From contig JBEARB010000052.1 in NCBI GenBank assembly GCA_041163625.1, positions 1 through 62,544 on the forward strand: a DNA stretch of 62,544 nt, given 5' to 3'. The notes under the pieces were generated by a model. That model saw only the letters and a program-made list of their open reading frames with translations, did no database searches and was not told the origin of the DNA. Below, in pieces: positions 29,069 through 37,800 of this stretch. A program made the position numbers and the translations under genes. Numbering within the stretch: the stretch's first letter is position 1; each line of letters opens with the position of its first letter. This DNA comes from Pseudomonadota bacterium. GTDB taxonomy: Bacteria > Myxococcota_A > UBA9042.

Positions 29069-31072
29069 TCACGCGGTGGCGACGGCACCCCGGACTCGAC
29101 GTGCCTGGCCGATCTCCTCGGGCGAGCCGATGCGACCAAGGATCGCAGAGGCGGCGACCACCAACGGGCTCGCGAGGTAGACCTGGCCGGGGCCGCTGCG
29201 GCCGGGGAAGTTGCGGTTGATGGCGGAGACCGTCACCTGATCCGGCGACGACGAGACGCCCGGACCCGCCTTGATGCAGGCACCGCAGGACGGATCGATC
29301 ACCTGCGCGCCGGCGGCCTCGAAGAGTTCGAGGTAGCCCTTGTCGACGGCGTATTGCTTGATCCGCTGGCTGCCGAATTGGATGTACAGCTCGACGCCCG
29401 GCTTGACGTGCAGGCCCGCGTCGACGGCGCGCCGCAGCACGCTCGCGTACATGTCCATATCGGCCATCTTGCCGCCGGTGCAGCTGCCGCCGTAGGCGAT
29501 GTCGATGGCGACCGGGGCGTCGAGCTGCTCGAGCGGGATGCCGTTGCGGGGGTCGCCGGGGGTGGCGACCATCATCGCGAGGTCGGCCAGATCGACGTGG
29601 AAGCGCTCGGCGTAGACCGCGCCCGGATCGGCATCGAAGAGCCGGCCTTGCACCGAGGCGGGGTCGAAGTCCGGGCGCATCGTGGCGAGGTGCGCGAGGA
29701 CCACGTCGTCCGCCGCGATGATACCGGTGGTGGCACCCGCCTCGACGGCCATATTGGTCAGCGTCGCGCGCTCGTCCATCGACAGGAACGCGATGCCAGG
29801 GCCGCCGAATTCGAGCACCTTGCCGATGGCGTGGCCGTCCCGGATGTACGGGAACGCCATCGCGAAGAGCATCACGTCTTTGGCGGTCACGCCGGCGCCG
29901 AGGCGACCGTGCAGGTCGATGCGGACCGATTCCGGCACACCGACGCGGATGTCGTTGGTGTACCAGGTGTTCGCCATATCGGTGGAGCCGACGCCGAAGG
30001 CGAACGCGCCGAGCGCGCCGGCGGTGCAGGTGTGGCTGTCGGTGCCGACGATGATGTCGCCGGGCAGGCCGAGATCTTCGAGCACGGCGTTGTGGCAGAT
30101 CGCTTCGGAGCCGGTGCCGTCGGCCTTCTCGTCGTACAGGCGGATGCCCTGGTCCTGACAGAAGGCGCGCTGGATATCCCCGAGCGCGGCGGCCTTGGCA
30201 TCCAAGCCCATCTTGCGCTGCGACTCGGGCATGACCTGCGGCAGGAAGGTGAGGTGGTCGCGGAAGGCGAAGATGCTCTCGACGCCGTTGACGCGGGCAT
30301 CCTCGCCGAGCGCGGCCTTGAACGAGGCCTGCGCCATCGCCGTGGTGTAGTCGTGCGAGAAGCGCACGCCGGTGCGCACGAAGACCGCGTCGCCGGGTTG
30401 CACCGCGACCGCGCCGGTTTGGCCGGTGGTGGCGTCGATGATCGCGTGGTGGGCGATGATCTTCTCGGCCAGCGTCATTGGTCGCGCCGGCGTGGTCAGC
30501 GCGGGCGGTCGCACGTCGCCGGCGAGGCGGGCGCGGTTGTAGGCGAACAGGCCGCCGTGACCGACGATATCGGCGGCGACCGGGTCCATGCCCTCGGTGA
30601 AGGCCGACATCGGGATCGCCTCGCCGGCCTCGATCTTGTCGATCAGGCCGAAATCGGTCGAGGTGAACAAGCCGATATTCTGGCAGTTCTGGCCGTAGAT
30701 CTTCTCGATGCTGCGCGCGATGACCAGGCGAATGCCGGCCGCCATCTCGGAGTAGGGCGCGGTCTCGCGCGAGCTGCCGCAGCCTTTGGAGAGGCCCGAG
30801 ACGATCACCTCGAAGCCGCCGTTCTTCAGCGAGAGGTGCTGGATCTTGCCGCCGCGCAGGCCGACGAGGCTGTACTCGCCGAGCGTCTCGTCGAAGTAGA
30901 AGCAGACCCAGCCGGGCGTGATCTCGTCGGTGCTGATGTTGTCGATCAGCTTCTCACCCGGCAGCCAGCCGATGTCCTCGCCGTTGAGCTGGCGCTCGAC
31001 CAGGTCGAGGTTCTCGTAGAGGTAGAGCACGCGCCCGTCGAAGCGGACGTGCCCGTCGCGTGTCTGCTGCAT
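29069..31072 (-). CDS. aconitase-family dehydratase, fused LeuD-like (swivel) plus LeuC-like domains in permuted order
   Basis: Start set at ATG 31072. N-terminal ..DNISTDEITP.. and GCGSSRETAPYS..IRLVIARSIEKIY..NIGL (small-subunit motifs). These are followed by MTLAEKII.., GTDSHTCT, GGSCTGG and SCGACI (large subunit with three Fe-S Cys ligands). Confidence 0.8.
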   Translation of the reverse strand: MQQTRDGHVRFDGRVLYLYENLDLVERQLNGEDIGWLPGEKLIDNISTDEITPGWVCFYFDETLGEYSLVGLRGGKIQHLSLKNGGFEVIVSGLSKGCGSSRETAPYSEMAAGIRLVIARSIEKIYGQNCQNIGLFTSTDFGLIDKIEAGEAIPMSAFTEGMDPVAADIVGHGGLFAYNRARLAGDVRPPALTTPARPMTLAEKIIAHHAIIDATTGQTGAVAVQPGDAVFVRTGVRFSHDYTTAMAQASFKAALGEDARVNGVESIFAFRDHLTFLPQVMPESQRKMGLDAKAAALGDIQRAFCQDQGIRLYDEKADGTGSEAICHNAVLEDLGLPGDIIVGTDSHTCTAGALGAFAFGVGSTDMANTWYTNDIRVGVPESVRIDLHGRLGAGVTAKDVMLFAMAFPYIRDGHAIGKVLEFGGPGIAFLSMDERATLTNMAVEAGATTGIIAADDVVLAHLATMRPDFDPASVQGRLFDADPGAVYAERFHVDLADLAMMVATPGDPRNGIPLEQLDAPVAIDIAYGGSCTGGKMADMDMYASVLRRAVDAGLHVKPGVELYIQFGSQRIKQYAVDKGYLELFEAAGAQVIDPSCGACIKAGPGVSSSPDQVTVSAINRNFPGRSGPGQVYLASPLVVAASAILGRIGSPEEIGQARRVRGAVATA

Positions 31073-31107
31073 CTCGAATCTCCGGCGCCGAACAGTGGGG
31101 CGGACGA

Positions 31108-32160
31108 TCAGGCCGCCGCGACGCGGTCGGCAATGTAGGAAGCCACGTCGCGAGTCGCAAGCGAACCGCCGAGATCGCGCGTCGTCTGGCCTTCCTGCAG
31201 CGAGCGCTCGCTCGCGGCGACGATGGCATCGGCCGCCTCGGCCCAGCCGGCGTCGCGCAGGAGCATCGCGGTCGACAGAATCGCCGCGAGCGGGTTGGCG
31301 ATGCCCTTGCCGGCAATGTCCGGTGCCGAGCCGTGCACCGGCTCGTAGAGCGCGTGGCGGCCCGGATGCAGGCTCGCCGAGGGGGCCAAGCCGAGCCCGC
31401 CGACCAACGCCGCAGCCAGATCCGAGAGGATGTCGCCGATGAGGTTGTCGCCCACGACGACGTCGAACTCGTGCGGGTGCGTGACCATCCGCATCGCGGC
31501 GACGTCGGCGTAGAGCGTGCGCGCTTCCACGTCGGGGAATTCGCTCCGGACCGTCGCCAGGCTCTTGCGCCACAGACCGTGCGCCTCGGGGATCGCGTTG
31601 GCCTTGTCGCAGAGCGTGACCACGCCCCGGCGCGTGCGGGCGAGCTCGAAGGCGTAGCGGAGCAGGCGGTCGCACGCGCCGCGCGTGGCGATCATCACGC
31701 TCTGCGCGACCTCTTCCGGCGTGTCCGGGCGCAGGCGTCCGCCGATGCCGACGTAGACGCTCTCGGTGTTCTCGCGCACCACCGCCATGTCGATACCGCC
31801 GCGCTCCACGCCGGCGAGCGGGCAGAGCGCGGCGTCCCAGAGCGCGACGGGGCGCAGGTTCACGTACAGGTCCAGGCGCTGGCGCAGCCCGAGCAGGATG
31901 TCCTTGGCGTGGACGTTGCTCGGCACCCGCGGATCGCCGAACGCGCCGAGCAAGATGAAACGATGCTCGTCGCGGAGCCGCGCGAATTCGGCCTCCGGCA
32001 TCGTCTCGCCGGTGCGCAGGTAACGCTCTGCGCCCAGGTCGAAGGTCTCGGTCTGCACCTCGAAGTCGTAGCGGCGGGCGGCCGCGTCGAGCACGAAGGT
32101 GGCGGCCTCGATGACCTCGGGGCCGATTCCGTCACCGGGAAGCAGGGCGACGCGCAGCAT
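31108..32160 (-). CDS. isocitrate/isopropylmalate dehydrogenase-family enzyme (LeuB / tartrate dehydrogenase-like)
   Basis: Start set at ATG 32160 (GAGGAG RBS). LPGDGIGPEV, NLRP, VRENTE, DNLIGDILSD, YEPVHGSAPDIAGKGIANP. Confidence 0.8.
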   Translation of the reverse strand: MLRVALLPGDGIGPEVIEAATFVLDAAARRYDFEVQTETFDLGAERYLRTGETMPEAEFARLRDEHRFILLGAFGDPRVPSNVHAKDILLGLRQRLDLYVNLRPVALWDAALCPLAGVERGGIDMAVVRENTESVYVGIGGRLRPDTPEEVAQSVMIATRGACDRLLRYAFELARTRRGVVTLCDKANAIPEAHGLWRKSLATVRSEFPDVEARTLYADVAAMRMVTHPHEFDVVVGDNLIGDILSDLAAALVGGLGLAPSASLHPGRHALYEPVHGSAPDIAGKGIANPLAAILSTAMLLRDAGWAEAADAIVAASERSLQEGQTTRDLGGSLATRDVASYIADRVAAA

Positions 32161-32217
32161 GGGCACTCCTCGCGAGGGCGGCCCGGAGGACGGGCCGGCG
32201 TGGGCGGGGAGGGTACG

Positions 32218-32838
32218 TCAGCGCAGCCAGACCGTAAAACCGAGCCCGCCGGAGAAGCCACCCGAGAACAGGGAGAGCGACGTCGAATTGCGCGCTCCTG
32301 TCAGCGGGTTCGCGTCGCTGCCATTGAACGCGACGACGGGACCCACCGAAGCAGAGATGGAGAATTGTTCACTCAGGAAGTACACAGCGCGCAAAGGCAC
32401 CTCCAGCGCGACACCGACGCGGAAGGCGGTCGCGTTGCCGTTGCCGTCGATCGCGCGCGCGAAGCCGGTGTCGACGCGGAGGCCCGCCGAGAGGTTGACG
32501 CGAGGGGCGCGGAACACGTTGTAGTGGGCGCCGGCGGTGACGAATCCCGCCAAATCGATGGGCTGCCCGGAAAGCAGGAGCGTGCGCAGCCCGAGGATCA
32601 GCTCCAGGCCCAGGTCTCCGATGTAGATCCAGCCGCCGAGCCCTGCAGCTCGCACGTCCGGCGTGCCGACGCCGCCGTCGGCCAGCGAGATCAGCGTCTC
32701 CTCGTAGCCGACGCCGACCTTTCCGTCGACCGAATAGGCGCGCGCGGGGGCCGGCGCGACCAGCACCGCCAGCGTCGAGACCGCGACGATCAGGGCACCG
32801 GCGATACGTGACGTGGCGGCGGCGCGTGGTTCGCTCAT
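32218..32838 (-). CDS. small outer-membrane beta-barrel protein (206 aa)
   Basis: Start ATG 32838 overlaps the argB stop (ATGA). Signal peptide IAGALIVAVSTLAVLVAPAPARA. About 8 amphipathic strands. C-terminal GLGFTVWLR. Confidence 0.65.
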   Translation of the reverse strand: MSEPRAAATSRIAGALIVAVSTLAVLVAPAPARAYSVDGKVGVGYEETLISLADGGVGTPDVRAAGLGGWIYIGDLGLELILGLRTLLLSGQPIDLAGFVTAGAHYNVFRAPRVNLSAGLRVDTGFARAIDGNGNATAFRVGVALEVPLRAVYFLSEQFSISASVGPVVAFNGSDANPLTGARNSTSLSLFSGGFSGGLGFTVWLR

Positions 32839-33668
32839 CGTGCTCCTGCCGCGACACGGGTGCGTCGCCCCGGGCGGCCGGCGACCGCCGCGCTGATCGG
32901 CTCGGGTTCGTGTGCGCCGACGATCCAACACGCGCCGACCCCGGCCTGGACCTGGGCCACCATCTCTTCGAGCTTGGCGACCATCCCGCCCATCACGGTA
33001 CCGTCTTCGATGCGCGCACGCACCTGTTCCGGCGTCAACTCCGGCAGATGCGTGCTCGGGTCGGCCAGGTCGCCGAAGACGCCGGGGACGTCGGCCACCG
33101 CGATCACGTCGTCGACGGCCAAGGCTTCGGCGATGGCGCGGGCCGCGGTGTCGGCGTTCAGGTTCAGCCGGCGGCCCTCGCCGTCGACGCAGAGCGACGA
33201 GAGCACCGGCACGAACCCACCGCGCCACAACGTCTCGAGCAGGTGCGCGTCGACACCGGCGGGGTCGGCGACTTCGCCGAAGTCGACCGGTTCGGGCTCG
33301 CCGCTGACCTTGCGCGGCGGGCGGCGTACCGACCGCAGCAGGCCGCCGGATGCCACCGGCGTCGAGACGGCGCGGACACCGGCCGCCAGCAGGGCCGCCA
33401 ACAGCTCGGTCGCCACGCCGCCGACCAGCGTCCAGGCCGCGATCTCCAGGGTCGCAGCGTCGGTCACCCGTCGGCCGGCCCGGAATTCCGGCTCCACGCC
33501 GAGGCGACGCATCAGCGCCGAGGTCTGCGGGCCGCCGCCGTGCACCACCACGAGATCGACGTCGGCGTCCGCGACCGCGCGCAGATCGTCGGCGAGCCGC
33601 GCCCGTAGCGCCGGATCGCCGAGCGTCGCGCCGCCGAACTTGACCAGGACTCGTCTACGTCGCTGCAC
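32835..33668 (-). CDS. argB: acetylglutamate kinase
   Basis: VLVKFGGA.., VVVHGGGPQ, NLNADTAA motifs. GTG start 10 nt after the argC stop. Confidence 0.85.
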   Translation of the reverse strand: MQRRRRVLVKFGGATLGDPALRARLADDLRAVADADVDLVVVHGGGPQTSALMRRLGVEPEFRAGRRVTDAATLEIAAWTLVGGVATELLAALLAAGVRAVSTPVASGGLLRSVRRPPRKVSGEPEPVDFGEVADPAGVDAHLLETLWRGGFVPVLSSLCVDGEGRRLNLNADTAARAIAEALAVDDVIAVADVPGVFGDLADPSTHLPELTPEQVRARIEDGTVMGGMVAKLEEMVAQVQAGVGACWIVGAHEPEPISAAVAGRPGRRTRVAAGAR

Positions 33669-33678
33669 GGTCGCCCCC

Positions 33679-34761
33679 CTACGGCCACAACGCCGGCGCG
33701 TCGATGCCCAACGTCTCGGGGAAGCCGTACATGGCGTTCATCGCCTGCACGGCCTGTCCGGCGCCGCCCTTGATGAGGTTGTCCAGGGCGGAGTGGGCGA
33801 CCACGGTGCGCTTGCCGTCCGCGCGCGCCGCCCCGACCGAAGCGGCGACGTCGACGAACATCGAACCCTTCACCGCGGCGACCTCGGGTAGGCGCCCGCG
33901 CACGACGCGCACCATCGGCTCGGCGCCGAAGGTGGCCTCGAGGGCTGCGTCGATGGCGGCGGCGTCGTGGCGCGCGTCGACCTCGAAGAAGCAGCTGGTG
34001 AGGATGCCGCGCGAGAGCGGCGCGCTGACCGGCACGAAGTCCAGGCCGATGTCCGTCGGGGCTCCGGCGCGGCGCAGGTTCAGCTCGATCTCGGGCGTGT
34101 GCTGATGGTCGAGCGCCTTGTAGGGCCGCAAGGTCACCGAGCGCAGCGGATGGTGCGTCCCCGCGCTCGGGTTGGCCCCCGATCCCGACGAGCCCGTCAT
34201 CGCGCTGACCGCGACACGCGAGGGCAGCATGCCGGCGCGGGCGAAGGGCAGCAGCGCCAAGGTGATCGCGGTCGCGAAGCAGCCCGGGCTGGCCACGGCA
34301 GGCGCGTCACGCAGGCTGGCGCGGTCGAGCTCGGGCATACCGTAGGCCCACGTGCCCAGGCGGTCCGGGAAGGGATGCTCACAGCCGTAGAACTGTCGAT
34401 ACACGTCCGCGTCGTCCAGGCGCCAATCGCCGGAGAGGTCGATGACGCGGCAGCCGAGCTCACGGTAGCGCGCGCCGATGGTCGCTGCGGTCCTGTGCGG
34501 CAAGCCGAGGAAGACGAGATCGGCGTCGGGCGCGACGGCGTCCGGCTGCGCGTCTTCGACGGGCGTGTCGAGGCAACCGTGCAGGTTCGGCAGGATCTCG
34601 CCGATGCCTCGGCCGACATTGTCCTTGGCGATCAGGCGGGTGATGCGGACCTCGGGGTGCCGCGTGAGCAGGCGTACGAGCTCGGCGCCGCCGTAGCCGG
34701 TCGCGCCGACGATGGCGACGCGGATCGGGCCCTGATGAGCCTTCGAATCGGAAACCTTCAT
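33679..34761 (-). CDS. argC: N-acetyl-gamma-glutamyl-phosphate reductase
   Basis: VAIVGATGYGGAEL.., active-site region SPGCFATA, 360 aa. Confidence 0.88.
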   Translation of the reverse strand: MKVSDSKAHQGPIRVAIVGATGYGGAELVRLLTRHPEVRITRLIAKDNVGRGIGEILPNLHGCLDTPVEDAQPDAVAPDADLVFLGLPHRTAATIGARYRELGCRVIDLSGDWRLDDADVYRQFYGCEHPFPDRLGTWAYGMPELDRASLRDAPAVASPGCFATAITLALLPFARAGMLPSRVAVSAMTGSSGSGANPSAGTHHPLRSVTLRPYKALDHQHTPEIELNLRRAGAPTDIGLDFVPVSAPLSRGILTSCFFEVDARHDAAAIDAALEATFGAEPMVRVVRGRLPEVAAVKGSMFVDVAASVGAARADGKRTVVAHSALDNLIKGGAGQAVQAMNAMYGFPETLGIDAPALWP

Positions 34762-34812
34762 TGTGCCTCTTGCGCGGCATGGAAGAAGCCGCGGTAGGGG
34801 ACGGGGCCTCGG

Positions 34813-37800
34813 CTACACGCCCGAGAGCCCCTCCAACGCTTCGCGCATGCCCGGCTGCAGCTCGAGCGCGCGATTGAAGGCCGTGCGTGCCTGGGCCTTC
34901 TTGTTCTGTCGTAGCCAGCCGTGGCCGAGCCCGACCTGCGCCTGTGCCCGCTCGGTGGCGCTCGCGGCGTCCGCCGACATCTGCGCCACGCGCTCGAACT
35001 CGACCAGCGCGCGGCCGACATCACCGAGCTGCAGGCAGACCCGACCCATGCCGAGCAGCGCGTCCACGTCGTCCGGGTGGGCGGCGAGCGCCGTCCGGAA
35101 GTGCGTGCGCGCTTCCTCGTGGCGGCCGACGCGCTCGAGCAGCGCAGCCGCGCGACCCGAGGCGGCGGGGACCGCGTCACGCGCGCCGGTCCGGCGGAGC
35201 CGATCGACCACGCGCAGCTGCAGCTCGACCGCCTCGTCGAACGCGCCGGCGCGCGTCTTCAGCAGCGCGACGGCGGCGAGCGCCTCGGCGTCGTGGGGCA
35301 GGGCGGCGACGGCGGCGTCGAGCAGCGGGGCGGCGCGATCGTCCTCGCCGAGTTCGACGAGGAGCGTGCCGAGCCGCAGCGCGACGGCGGCCCGATCCGG
35401 GTGATCGGCCGGCAGCGCGTCGTGCCAATGCCGCAACGCCTCGCGCAGGGCTTCGTGGCTCCCGCGCGACGCGAACAGCTCGCACAGGCGCGCGTGCGCC
35501 TCGAAGCGCCGCGGCTCGGACTGGATCAAGCGCTGCAGCGTCGAGATGGCCTTGGGCTCTTGACCGAGCTGGTCGTAGAGCTGCCACAAGCGGGTCAGCA
35601 GACGGGTCTTGCGCGCCGGGTCGTCGACGTCGCGTAGGACCTTCTCCAGCCCGGTCGCGGCCGTCTCGGGGTCGTCGCTCTGCGCGGCCATCAGGCCCCG
35701 CAGCGACGCCGCCTCCTTGTCGCCGGAGACGGCTTGCTCCAGCGCAGATACCCAACGCTCGGCGTCGTCGTGGTGATCGACCGACATCCGCGCCAACTTG
35801 CGCAGCAGCAGTAGGCGCTCGGGCCGCGGCAGCGGACCTTCGAGCCGCCGCGCGGCGATGTCGCGGAAGCCGGGCCAATCGCCGGCGTCCTCGCAGGCCT
35901 CGAGCAACTCGACCGAGAGCGCGTCGTTGTCGGGCGCGTCTGCGTGTGCGCGGGCCAACGCCGCGCGGGCGCCGCCATGGTCACCGAGCTCGCCGAGCTG
36001 GGTCGCCAGCTTGCGCAGCACGACCACGCGCGACGGGCCGGAGTCCATCGCGTCGGCGCGACGCTGCAGCAGCGAGACCAGCTCTCGCGGACCATTCGCG
36101 GACTTCTCGAGGAAGACGAACGCCTCGTCGATCGACGCATCCTCGGCGAACGCCACGGCGTAGAGGCGCCCGGCGCCTTCGCGATCCTTGAGGGGGCCGG
36201 CGCGCAGACGTGCCGCCTCGCAGAGCGCACGCAAGCGATCCGGACCTTCCACGCGTCCGGCCAAGGCCTCGAGCGCGTCCGCTCGCGCCTCGGTCTGGTT
36301 GGTGTTGGCGAGCAACTCGGCCAGCGTCTCGTAGGGCGTGGGATCGTCCTCGAGCATGTTGCCGAGCGCGTTGTAGGCCTCGACGGCCACGCTCAGGCGC
36401 CCGCGCGCCGCTGCGAGGCCCGCGATCTCGTTGAGATGCGCGACCCGCTCGCCGCCCTCTTCGAACTTCGGCAGACGCTCCCGGCGCAACGCCAGGAGCT
36501 CGTCCCAGCGGCCACCCGCCTCGTAGATGTGGTCCAGCGCGGCCCACGCATCTTCGTTGTCCGGCTCGACGCGACACAGCGAGCGGAGCACCGCCTCGCG
36601 GCCGGCGTGGTCGGGCGCTCGCTCGGCGAGGAAGGCGTCGGCTCGACGCGCCACGTCGCGTTGTGCTGCGTCCGAGAGGCCCATGCTGAGCGCGAGGCCA
36701 GCGGCGCGGGCGACCTCGTCCGGATCGTCGCTCGCGAGGGCGGCGCCGAGTAGGGCGTCGGCGCTCGCCGTGTCCCGCGCCACGGCCGCGGCTCGGGTCG
36801 CCGCCTTCTTGGCTTCGGTCGGCTTGCGCAGCGGGCCGGACAGCAGCGCCGCGAGCTCCCGCAGGTCCGCGGCCGACTGCTTGTCACCGCGCAGCTTCAC
36901 GCGCCGGTCGAGCACGCCCGCGAGGCCGGCGTGGTCTTCCCGCGCGCGATAGGCCTTGACCAGCATGTCCAGTGCGTCGCGCGCCAGCGAGGGCTGCTCG
37001 GAGAGGCGCTCGACCCACGCGCTCGCGGCCTCGTCGGTCGGGTCGGCCTCCAACTGGGAACGCAGGTGCACCAAGGCGGCGCGCGGGCGTCCGATCGACT
37101 CCACCAGCAGTTCGGCGAGCTCGAGGCGAAGCGCGCCGACGTCGTCTCCTCCGGCCATCACGGCGCGGTCGAGGTCGGCGGCGAGCCGGCCCGGATCACC
37201 CGCGGCGCGACGCATCGCGAGCACCGCGTCGCGCACGTCGCGGTCACTCGGATCGGCGTCCCAGAGCCGCGCCCAGGTGTCGGCCGCCCGAGCGGGGTCG
37301 TCGAGATCGTCGGCCGCGACACCCGCGGCGAGGCCGCACAGGACGCGAGCCACGTCCCGGTCGAGATCCTCACGCGGTGCCACCACCTCGGCGATGTCGA
37401 GCCAGGCATCGGCCCGATCGGCCTTGCGCGCGGCATCGAGCAGCAGCTCCATCAACTCGACGAAGCCGTCCTCCTGCGCCACCGCGACGGCGGCTTCGAG
37501 CGCGTCCCCGAGCCGCGAGGCGTCGTCCGCCGCGGCACCCGCGAGTGCCTTGGCGACCCGCATCCGGTCCGCGTCGCCGGCCACCGCCAGCGCCGCGCGC
37601 TCGAGCGACTGCGCGGCCGTCGCCGCGTCGCGGCTGCGCAATGCGGCGGTCAGCCCATCGAGCGCGGCGAGCGCGAAGCCCGGGTCGTCGGCGCGCTGCG
37701 CGATCGCGTCGAGCAGGTCCGGATCGTCGCCGACGTGGCGGACCAACGTAGCCGCCACCGCTGCGTCGGCAGCCTCGGCACCGTCCACGTGTCGCGACAG

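Noticed and set aside
29069-34761. The idea that argC-like, argB-like, LeuB-like and the aconitase-family fusion form an alpha-aminoadipate (LysW-type) lysine pathway cluster.
   Set aside because: There is no LysW carrier, LysX ligase, homocitrate synthase, LysJ or LysK in the block. argG is nearby and the argB/argC sequences look canonical. The sequence alone gives no support, so this is left as ordinary arginine genes plus an unassigned dehydratase/dehydrogenase pair.
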